The notes under the pieces are model-generated. The model was not told the origin of the DNA. It saw only the letters and a list, made by a program, of their open reading frames with translations, and searched no databases. A program made the position numbers and the translations under genes. Below are positions 39,894-51,200 of a DNA stretch of 64,000 nucleotides, in pieces. The stretch comes from Nitrospira sp. (lineage in GTDB: Bacteria; Nitrospirota; Nitrospiria; Nitrospirales; Nitrospiraceae): the NCBI GenBank assembly GCA_047150005.1, contig AP038806.1, positions 2,720,001 to 2,784,000 on the forward strand. The letters run 5' to 3'. Within the stretch, counting starts at the first letter, position 1. Every line of letters starts with the position of its first letter.

Positions 39894-40593
39894 CGTCTCG
39901 ATGCGTAAAGCCTGTTCACCCTCCGGAGAATCATGGAGTAAGGAAAGAAGGGCTCCGGCGAGCGACCGGCATTCGTATACACGCGCCGTTGGCGGAAACA
40001 AAGAGTCGTAAGGCTCCGAGCCGTCCGGCCCTATGTGTGTGAAATCGGCACGGAAATCAGCAGGATGGTCTTGCGTGAGTTGTCATCTTCATTCTTTCAT
40101 CCGTTCCCGCCCAGGTGCTGCTCTCATTGTACGGTCGGAGTAAGCGGTAGCAGTCCTCTAAATGCTGGTATTTATTTGAAAATGTATCCATTCGTCGCAA
40201 GAAATATTCTTGCATCGCTGTGCGACTTCATGTAGAAGCACCGTCACAGTTCGCAATGCTAACCATCGTGCGTGGCGTGTGAGCAATGCGATTTCATCCT
40301 TCTTCTCCAGCATCGCATCGACACTCAATCGACAGCATCCATGTGAACGTCAGTCGCGGTCTGATGCGCCGGGACTTCAGATCCGCTGAAGCTGGCTTCG
40401 CTCGTTCCTCTGTCGCCACTCAAGTCATCAGAACACCGTTATCGTCAGACCTGGATATAGCAGAACCGGTGTGGCTCTCGCAGTCTCTAGGTAGAGGTCG
40501 GGTGACGAAGCAACGGCTCAATATGACGGTCGAGTGACCGTGCGGTGCAGTTCATTGTCTCGCAGGTGATCATAGAAGCGGAAAGGAGAGGCC

Positions 40594-40944
40594 ATGCAGG
40601 AAGTTACGCCGGAAAACAACGCCAAGCGAGTTGAACCGTCTGCACCGCGCCAGGTGAGGCTGCGTCTGGTCGAACGCACGGACCAGCCGGCGATGGCCAA
40701 CTTTTCGACGGTGGCTGTGACGCAGGGGATTGCGTATCTGGATTTTGGATTCATCGAGCCGGCATTGCTCGGAGTCATTTCGCGACCGGTCCAAGGTGGG
40801 CAGCCGGCTTCCAAGATCGTCGACGGACATCGCGTCGCCCGTGTAGCGATGCCGCTCGAGCGACTGGTCGGGCTGCATCAGCAAATTCAACAGGTGTTGG
40901 TCAATGTGAAAGATGCGCGCGTGACGAAAAAAGAAAATAAATAG
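40594..40944 (+). CDS. Small hypothetical protein heading the T1SS island
   Basis: ANFSTV...GIAYLDFGFIEP...VARVAM; GGAGAGG RBS. Confidence 0.75.
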   Translation: MQEVTPENNAKRVEPSAPRQVRLRLVERTDQPAMANFSTVAVTQGIAYLDFGFIEPALLGVISRPVQGGQPASKIVDGHRVARVAMPLERLVGLHQQIQQVLVNVKDARVTKKENK

Positions 40945-41037
40945 CGATGGCAAGACGACACGTAGCTAAGCAAGCCCTTATCCTGAACATCACCCGGCTG
41001 GGCGACATCATCCAAACTCTTGCCGCCGTCTGAGTCG

Positions 41038-41263
41038 CTCAGCGCGTGGGCGATCGAGCGGCCGGCTGAGTGGGGGCAGTGGGCCAATATGGATGAGGAG
41101 CCTGAGCAGATTGACGCGCTGCGGCGAAGTGTCGTCTAAAGCCAACCGTTGGGAGTGCTTGGTGGGTTAAGCAGGTCGTGGCGCGCTGGAATCTCGGCGC
41201 GACGATGCGTGGACGAGGACGTCCACGGAAAGAACTGGTGCAGATTGATTCCGGACACCTTTT
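41038..41263 (+). pseudogene. C-terminal remnant of a REP-associated tyrosine (Y1/RAYT-like) transposase
   Basis: LSAWAIERPAEWGQWAN..EQIDALRRSVV*SQP [frameshift] GSAWWVKQVVARWNLGATMRGRGRPRK, then GATTCCGGACACCTTTT. Confidence 0.65.
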
Positions 41264-41314
41264 ATTCCAGCAAATCACAGTGGGGATTAGGCAAGTGAAT
41301 GAAAGGACGGCGGC

Positions 41315-42235
41315 ATGATGAAACAAGGGAGATGGATTCTGCTACTGGGCGTCTGCATAGGGATGTTGACAGCCTGCGTGTCGGTGGCCGAGACGCCGGG
41401 GGAGCGGTTTCAGAAGGTGATGAAAGAAATGGCGGAGCTATGCGTTAGTAAGAAACTGATCGCAACGGATTCTCGCTGCATCCTGCCAAAATTGAAACCG
41501 GCCGATCCCTTGGCGACGGAAGAGGGCCGGTTTGCGCACAGTATCAAGATTCCCAACCCTGTCCCTGAGGATAGCGGCTACAAGCCGGGGATGACGCCCG
41601 AACAATACTTCGACCATCTGTGCCGGACAGAAGCAGGAGAGTCTATTTTCAAGACTGTGGAGAATGTCGAAGGGCTCTATATGATGCGGCCACGAGAGCA
41701 GGCCGATGATTACAAACTGCAGCACCTCTATGCGCTTGAAGATCCATATGCCTACTCTGACATCGAAACTGATGCACCACAAAGGTTGTTCATTAATCCT
41801 CCTTGGTGGCGATACCAATTCTTTGAGATTCGAAAGGCCGATTCGACTTTGGAGCGAGACTCTGGAACACACTATCTTCGCTATTTTGGATATGTGCAGG
41901 ACAAGAGTCCTATGAGTGTAGAGGAGTCGTCTAGCCTTAGGAGCCGCTACGGCTACACATGGCGAGGTATTAAACGACCCCATGATCGAGAACTTGGAAT
42001 CGTGGGAGGGGAGCTTATTGTGATGGACTTACAGTCCAATGAAGTACTCGCGGTGCGTCGCGGTTTCATTCGGAGTGGTGATGTACGAAATAACATGACT
42101 GGAGTTTGGTGGCTAGGTGGACACGTTTGTCCAAAGTACAAGCATGCCAATGCATACACCTATGAGTTTGTCAGCAAGGTAATAAGGCCGACTTTCGTTG
42201 AGGTAAGCAAGGGAGATTTCAATGCCACAGAGTGA
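41315..42235 (+). CDS. Lipoprotein, putative cognate immunity protein of the downstream lipase-RTX
   Basis: LTAC lipobox; overlaps the RTX start by 14 nt; motifs YFDHLCRTEAGE-IFKTVENVEGLY-MRPR and RYGYTW. The immunity role is inference. Confidence 0.75.
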   Translation: MMKQGRWILLLGVCIGMLTACVSVAETPGERFQKVMKEMAELCVSKKLIATDSRCILPKLKPADPLATEEGRFAHSIKIPNPVPEDSGYKPGMTPEQYFDHLCRTEAGESIFKTVENVEGLYMMRPREQADDYKLQHLYALEDPYAYSDIETDAPQRLFINPPWWRYQFFEIRKADSTLERDSGTHYLRYFGYVQDKSPMSVEESSSLRSRYGYTWRGIKRPHDRELGIVGGELIVMDLQSNEVLAVRRGFIRSGDVRNNMTGVWWLGGHVCPKYKHANAYTYEFVSKVIRPTFVEVSKGDFNATE

Positions 42236-45200
42236 TATCAACGTATGGCTTCAGTTCGCACTCCAACAGATGGCTGCGGAAAGCTATTTAGGCGGCATTG
42301 ATCTGAACAATGCAGAACAGGTTAAGACCCAACTTCGGCTTGGCAATAACCCTTCGGGTTTTCCTGAAACTGGAACGACGCGTTTCACTGGGACAATAAC
42401 GCAGGGTCTTCAAGCCCAATCGTTTGTCGAGCACTTCCAGATCCTCGATCATCACGCCAACGATGCGACGGGATTCTCGGCCACGTTGATGCGTGAGCGA
42501 GATACGAATAACTTCACGCTGTCATTCCGGAGTACGGAGTCAAGAAATCAAAGAGACGGCGGCGACTACGAACGAGACGGCGTCAATCTCCCCCTTTTCA
42601 CGGGCGCAGATGGCGAGATTCTCACCCAGGGTTTTGCGTTCGGCCAACTGACGGCGATGGAACAGTACTATCAAACGACGGTGAAAGGCTTGTTGCCGGT
42701 GGGGGCGGTGCTCAATGTGACCGGGTATTCCCTCGGGGCGCACCTCGCCACGGTGTTCACCGAGCTGCACGGGTTGGAGATCACCTCCTCCTTCTCGTTC
42801 GGCCACGCATACACGTTCAATGGCCCAGGCCGTGGGGAATTCTCAGGTGGACCGCAGGCCGAGACGGTTGAAGCTGAGCGAATTCGTGAGATGGTCGCGC
42901 GGTTGACGCAAGTCATGAACGATCCCATGGCAGGTATTCCTCAGGGAACTCCGGAAGAATTATGGCCGTCAGGGTTGAATGCGGCGTTGGTCGCCTGGCA
43001 GCTCAATCCTACATGGGACCCATGGGAGAGCGAATCTGTAATCAGTGTGTATACAGACTCCCGATACCTTTGGGCTAAGCAGGTCGTCGAGGAGGAATTT
43101 TCACCTGTTTCACGGTCGCTTTCCGATATTCCACGAACTGATGGTGCATTCGGCCTCATTACGCAGATTGTTGGTCATGCCACACAAGACGATACGGAGT
43201 ACGTGGCTAATTCCGGCAATCATGCGCCGGAAGTTCGTGTGTATATCGAGGATCAGCCCAATTTCGACGGCTTCGGTAACTTCTTTGAGACAAACGGCAG
43301 TTTCGGTACGACGCATAGTATTACGCTCATCGTGGATTCGCTCGCCACGCAAGAGCTGTTTCAAACGATTGCGCCTGCCCTCGCACAATCGGACATTGAA
43401 GCGATCTTTGCTGCGTCGTCCAACGATCTGGCCACTGGGACCACAGCCGGATTGTCGGGATCAGCTGAAGCTAAACCATTGGAGAATGCCCTCGATGCAT
43501 TGAGACGCCTGTTCTTGACCGGAGTAATCACTGAGACGCCAGCCAATCCCGCAACCGGTGGGTTTGGCGATCTTACGAATCGGAACAAATTCTATGAAGG
43601 CATCGGTGCGGTGAAAACCGCACTCGCCGGTGCGACCGTTACTATCGAACCGTTCGTCGAAATGGGGCTGGTAGACGGTCAACCCAAGGTGCTTCCTCGT
43701 TTGACCCCCGTTGAAGTGATTGTTGAAGCTCAACACAATACCGATCGTGGTCTGGCGTTCCGATATGCGCTGCGCGAATTGAACCCCTTCGCCGTAGTCG
43801 GAGCCGATTATCAGGGGTTGGGCCACACCTTCGACGGACGTTTGGCATTGTTCGATCCTGCGATCGGTTTCGGCGAAATGACCGAGGAGTATCTCGCCGA
43901 TCGGGCGGGATTCCTTGAAGCGAAGATCGAGATCAACCTTCTGAACAACACGACGTCAGGCGACACGATTCACTATGTCGATGTTGCCACAGGATACGAG
44001 ATCAAGACCGGAACGATCGCGTCGATCGACCGTGAATATCTATTCGGCGCCGATAAGACGGATATCTTTGTCGGCAACAGCGCCGATGATCATCTCTTCG
44101 GCGGGGCAGGCTCGGATGTGTTGTTTGGGAGCGGGGGTAATGATTACCTGCAGGGCGATACAGGGAATGATCGACTCGATGGGACAATCGGTAGCGACAC
44201 TTTGAATGGCGGCGCTGGATTCGATACGTACGTGCTGCAACTGGACGGCACGGACAGAATAGAAGATAGCGACCGGTGCGGCGTCATTCAAGTTGGCGGT
44301 CAATTGGTCCTGGGAGGTGTCCATCGTGGAGGCGATCCAGCCGGAACTTATACGAGCCCTGATGGGCAATTCTCGTTCGTGGAGACCGGAGGAAATCTGA
44401 CCATCAATGGGCATCTCACGATCTCGAACTGGCAGGCAGGCACTCTGGGAGTCATGTTGCGCGATCTGTCCTTGCTGCCAAGCGGCACGTCGCTGGCGAT
44501 CGACTACAACAATGGTCAACCGACCGTCATCTATGATGGCGATGCGACGGACAACACGCCGATATTCAATGCCGCGGCCAATCATATCGTTCGGGGGTTC
44601 GGCGGAAACGATGTGCTGGATCTGTCTCCCAGTGGGTCCGCGTTCAACCACCAGCTATTCGGCGGCGATGGCCATGATGAGCTGCATGGAGGGGCTGGGT
44701 CGAATCGGCTCTTTGGCGAGGATGGACGTGATCTCATGTTCGGGGGATTTGGCGACGACGTGATGGACGGCGGCAGTGACATCGATCTCCTGAAGGGAGG
44801 CGCGGGTCGCGATGCACTGTACGGTAAAGGGGGAAGCGATGGGCTTGATGGAGGGTCGGGAGACGATGTGCTCTTTGGGGGAGATGATAACGATGTGCTT
44901 TCAGGAGAGTCCATCGGTCTAGGAGCCAGCACCACCGGCAACGATTATCTTGATGGAGAGGCGGGGGCTGATTGGCTGATGGGCCTGTTGGGTAATGACG
45001 TCTTACAAGGAGGGGCGGGAAACGATCATCTGTATGGCGATCAAGCACCTGCCGAGGCACCGAACTTCGATTTAACCTATCCAGGTCTTGTCACGTCTCT
45101 CACCGAGGTTGTGTTCACCAGTTTCGCCGGTGGCACTGATTACCTGGATGGCGGTGCAGGGGACGATTACCTCCAAGGTGATGGGGGCAACGACGTGCTG

Positions 45201-48200
45201 CTCGGCGGTACGGAGAACGATACCCTCTATGGCGATGATTCCACAGTGATGGTTCAGCAAGGGAACGATTGGCTGGATGGTGGCTCTGGTAATGACAACC
45301 TCTATGGAGGTGGAGGCGACGATACGCTAGACGGCGGGGCCGACAATGATCTTCTCGTCGGTGATTTCACCGACGATCCGATCGGAGGCGCCGATTGGAT
45401 TGATGGCGGTGACGGTGACGATACGCTCATCGGTGGACAGGGCGAGGATGTTCTATTTGGTGGCCCCGACCAGGATGTGCTCTTTGGCAATGAAGGTCAG
45501 GATGCGCTGGACGGGGGCAGCGGCAACGATGAATTGCAAGGCGGGATCGAGGCTGATGTGTTGTGGGGCGGGACAGAAGACGATCGGCTGTTCGGCGAAG
45601 AGGGCGACGATCAACTTTTTGGTGGTGAGGGGAATGATGGATTGTTCGGCGAGGCAGGCGCAGATCTCTTGGTCGGTGCCGGTGGAGCGGATACGCTTCG
45701 AGGCGGTGAAGGTCCGGACACCTATGTGTTCAATCTCGGAGATGGAATAGACACGATTGTCGATGGGCCAAGAGAAGGCAACAGGGTGGTATTCGGGCCC
45801 GGGATCTCGGCAGATGACATCAGTCTTGGGATCGGATCGCTCTTGGTACGTGTAGGGGCAAACGGCGATGCGATCCATATCCAAGGCTTCGATCCCGCGG
45901 ATCCAACGCAATCCGCCGGGATCGACCAGTTCGAGTTTGCTGATGGAACAATATTGACCCATGGGGAGTTAGTTGCGCGCGGATTCGATCTGGTCGGCAC
46001 CAACGGCGATGATTTCCTGGACGGCGGCGAGACATACCGAAAAATCTTCGGTTTGGACGGGAACGATCAGTTGATCGGCGGCCTCGGCGACAATGTGCTC
46101 GACGGCGGGGCGGGGGCTGATCACCTGTTTGCCGGGGCCGGTGCAGACAGACTGCTGGGCGGCACCGGCAATGATTGGCTGGATGGCGGTGAGGAGGCAG
46201 ATACGCTCGACGGGGGCCTCGGCAACGACAGACTTGAAGGAGGCAGTGGCGACGACACCTATCGGTTCTCGCTCGGCAGTGGATTCGATCAAATTGTGGA
46301 GTCGTCGGGAACGGGAGACTCGAATCTGGTCGTGTTCGGGACGGGAATCGAGCCGGCCGGCGTGCAATATCGTCTTGGTAATGCTCTCGAACTTCCTCTA
46401 GGGACGCAGGGGGATGGGTTATCGCTAGGGTCCCCTAATTTCTCCGATGTCTACAATTCACGAGCGATCGACCAGTTTCAATTTGCCGATGGGACGGTGC
46501 TCACCCATGCGCGGCTCGTCGACCGCGGGATCAACGTCCCTGGGACTGAGGATAATGATTCCCTGGATGGAACGAATGCGAGGGATCTATTCGCCGGCGG
46601 GCGAGGCAACGACCGGATGAACGGCGCCGCCGGGGACGATCAGTATACGTTTGCCGTCGGCGATGGGATAGATACCATCGAAGATCTTACTAGGACCGGT
46701 CAAGGCAACGGCGTGGTATTTGGATCCGGAATCACCTCTGCCGATCTCTCGCTCGGGTGGCAAGCGCCGCCATTCGGCAACGGAACGAACAAGTTGCTCG
46801 TCCGGGTTGGGACTTCCGGTGATGCGCTCTTGCTCGACTCGTTTGACCGCAACGACGTGCTGGGAATTCGGGCGGTGGATTCATATCGATTTTCCGACGG
46901 CAGTGCATTGATGTACCACCAACTGGTCGCACGTGGCTTTGACCTCACCGGCGCTGAAGGGAATGACGTGGTAGCGGGTACCAACGTCACGGACCGATTG
47001 AAGGGGCTGGCAGGCCAGGACAGGCTGCAGGGCGGAGACGGCGACGATGTGCTGGACGGAGGGACCGGAAACGATCTGTTGAACGGCGGACGGGGCGCCG
47101 ACACGTATGTGCTTGGCCGTGAAAGCGGAGAGGATCATCTGGTCGATGTGGGCGGGATGCAGGATACGATTCAATATGCGGCGGATGTAGCGCCGGGAGA
47201 TGTTCAGGTTACGAAGCATGGCAATGATGTAGTGTTGACCATCGATGGCACCGGTAATGGGGTGATTCTCTCGCAATTTTTCACGGCGGCTGTGTTGCAA
47301 GTCGATACCGTCCGCTTTGCCGATGGCACGGTCTGGGATGCTGCCGCACTCGCCGGGTTTGCACAACGACCGATCGTGGGGACGACAGCCGCTGATATCT
47401 TGACCGGGACGGCCGGTGACGATCTATTTCAAGGATTAGCGGGGAATGATCAGCTGTCTGGACTGGCAGGGAACGACGTGTTGGATGGTGGCACCGGCGC
47501 CGACACCATGACCGGAGGCCCGGGCGACGATATCTATGTGGTTGATGATGGTGCGGATATCGTCACGGAAGCAGCGGGGGAGGGTCTGGACACCGTACAA
47601 AGCTCAGTCAGTCATCAGCTCAGCGCTCAAGTGGAGAATCTGACGCTTGTCGGCGCTGTAGCCATCGATGGGACTGGTAATGCTCTCGACAACATACTCA
47701 TCGGTAACAGTGCGGCCAATGCGCTGACAGGTAGGGCAGGCAACGATACCTACACCATTGACGGCGACGATGTGGTGGTGGAGCGTCCGGACGAAGGCGT
47801 CGATACCGTACAGATCGACCATAGCTATGCGCTTGGTGCGAACCTCGAAAGTCTCACGCTCACCGGTTCGGCGCCGATCGACGGCACTGGTAACGATCTT
47901 GACAATGTGTTGACGGGTAACAGCGCAGTGAACGTGCTCACCGGAGGGAAAGGCAACGACACCTACGTCGTCAGCGCGGGCGACATCGTCGTAGAGCAAG
48001 TGGGCGAAGGTATCGACACGATCCAGACCACCAGATCGTACCGACTGGGAACGAACGTCGAGAATCTGACATTGCTGGAAACCGCCCGGAACATCGATCC
48101 GTTTCTTCAGCTCGGACCAAATGCGGATGAAGCGATCGCGACTTCGATCTACGGTGGGACAGGAGCCGGTCTTCAAGTGGGTATCGGCAATGCGCTCGAC

Positions 48201-51200
48201 AATGTGTTGTTGGGAAACGGCCAGAGAAACGTGCTCGAGGCAGGTGTTGGGAACGATACATTGGCAGGGAATGGAGGGCTCGACGTTCTGCGTGGCGGTT
48301 CGGGCCAAGACACCTATCTGTTTGGGTTCGGATCGGGAATCGATGTCATTGACGACGTGAGCACGGGCGAGATCGATACGATTCAATTGGAAGCCGGAAT
48401 CAGCCCGGACCAAGTAATGGTGACTCGGCAACAAATACTCACCGAATCACCGATATACAGTCTTTATCCGTTTGCCTTTGCCCTCAGCCTTGCCCTTCCG
48501 AACCCCGATCGCAATGCCGGTGCCCCTGCCGATCAAATGTACATTGTCTATAGCTCGCTTGCGGATTTCTCGACCAAACAAGTGCGCTTTGCCGATGGGA
48601 CGGTGTGGGACGGCGCAACGCTCCTGGAAAAATCAGCGGGCGAACCGGATCCGGGTCCGGGCATTACGTTGGACGGTGGAATCGACGACGATCTGCTCAT
48701 CGGAACTGAGGCCAATGATCGGTTGAATGGCTTTGCTGGAAACGACCGGCTCGAAGGAGGCGCAGGGAGCGACATCCTTGATGGAGGAAGCGGCAACGAT
48801 GTGCTCTTGGGCGGCGATGGGCGTGATGCGCTCTCCGGAGGCGAAGGCGATAACGAGCTCGATGGGGGAGCCGGTGACGACAGCTTGTCCGCAATCGGAG
48901 GGCAGAATGTCCTGCGCGGAGGGGCGGGAAATGACTCGGTCAGTGGGCAGGGGCTAACCAATCTTCTTGATGGCGGGGTCGGAAACGATAACCTGTTCGG
49001 TCTTGGCACCGATACCTTCGTCTTTGGTCGGGGATATGGCTACGATAGCGCCAATCCCGGCTCTGAAGATATCGTCCAGATGACCTCGGACGTATTACCG
49101 GTCGATGTCATGCTCTACTCGATCGAGTCGGGGAATCATCGACTCGGTATTCATGGATCTTTCGACGAATTGCAGATGGGATCGTCGTTCCCTGGTCAAG
49201 TCGTCTTTGCGGACGGCACGGTGTGGGACCAGGCCTACCTGATGAACCATGAACAGCAGGGCATGGGCACGGACGGGAACGATACCATGGGAGGTGCGAG
49301 TGGCGCGGATATTCTGGTTGGGGGGAAAGGAGACGATCTCTACGGTGTAGAGGCCGGAGACATCGTCATCGAATTTCAGGATGAAGGCAACGATACCATT
49401 ACCACGCTGTTGGAGTATGCTCTGCCTGACAATGTTGAAAACCTGATTTTTAACCTGAATAGTCACGCCGTTCTTGGTATCGGGAACGACCTCGACAATG
49501 TCATCGAGGGGTCGCCTGATCACGGCGGCGACGGCGACAATATCCTCGACGGCGGCGCAGGGAATGACGTGCTCATCGGAGGGGCCTCGATTCCCTCCTT
49601 CACACAGCTTGGCGACGGAAGCGATCTCCTTATTGGCGGACCCGGAAATGATGTGCTCAGACCGTTCTTCTTGATGCTGGGAGGACCATTCTTTAATAGT
49701 TTGGAGTCCCACGGGATCGATCTCTTACTTGGCGGTCCAGGCGACGATACCTATATCTTGATTGGCGGGTACACCATTCAATCGCCGCTCGAACCCACCA
49801 TCGGACCCTTCTTCGATCTGCCCAATGCGACAGTCGTGGAATTGCCTGGCGAGGGCAGCGACACGCTCGTGGCTATTACTGATCAGACGCTTCCGAGCAA
49901 TGTGGAAAATTTGTTTCTGTTCGGCGGCACTCATGGCATCGGGAATGAGCTGGACAATGTCCTGATCGGCGGCATCGGTGCCAATATCCTTGAGGGTCAT
50001 ACCGGCAACGACACCTTGATAGGAGGTTATGGGCGAATTCTTTCACCCAATGGAATCGAGTTTGTCGATTCGGCGACGGTGCTTGACGATTCGATCAACG
50101 ACACGGCAATAGATACATTGATCGGTGGTGTTGGAGATGATGTGTATGTGGTCGGAGTCGGCGACATCATCGTGGAATCGACAGGTGAGGGAGCCGACAG
50201 GGTAATAAGTCGTGCCTCTTATCAGCTCGGAGATCATCTTGAGCATCTCATATTGGCGGGGGATGAGTCGATTGATGGGACCGGCAACGGCCTGGATAAC
50301 CGCTTGACGGGTAATGGCGCTGTGAATGTTCTGGCCGGCGGTCTGAGCGATGACGTTCTCCTGGGCAATGGCGGCGATGACACGTATGTGTTCAACATTG
50401 GTGACGGCGCGGACACAATCGAGGATACAGCCTCAACGACTGAGGGCAATCGGATTCGATTTGGCGCCGGTATCACGCAAAGCGACCTGACCTTCACTCG
50501 GGACGATGTCGCCCACACATTGACAATCCGGGTGGGGGGTAGCGGGATCGATCAGCTGCTCTTGACGAATTTCGATCCCACCGCCACACATGGCTCGCTG
50601 GTGGTCGACACATTGGCCTTCGCCGATGGAACGTCCATCAATCTTGACAGCCTCCTGGCTTCGATGATCAACCAGGCGCCCACAGTGGCGCAGCCGTTGG
50701 CGGATTGGACTGTTCCTGAGGATATTCCGTTTAGTTTCGTCGTTCCGGCGAATACATTTGCCGATCCAAATGCCGGTGATCACCTGACGCTTAGTGCGAG
50801 TCTGGCAGATGGCGGCGCGCTTCCAACTTGGCTGAGCTTCGATGCGAGCACGCGCACGTTCAGCGGGACGCCGGCCAATGGTGACGTGGGCAGCCTTGAA
50901 GTGAAAGTGACGGCGACGGATTCGGGGACTCTAAGTGTCTCCGACACGTTCAATCTTACAGCCACGAATGTGAATGATGCCCCGACGGTGGCGAATCCGA
51001 TCGTGGACCAATCGGCGCAGACCGGCGCAGTCTTCTCCTTCACCCTTCCTGCGAATACTTTCTCGGATATCGACGTTGGCGATACCTTGATCTATACCGC
51101 CACGTTGGCAGAGGGCGGTGCCTTGCCGGCCTGGTTGAACTTCAACACGGCTACGCGGACCTTCAGCGGGACGCCGGCCAATGGTGACGTGGGCAGCCTC

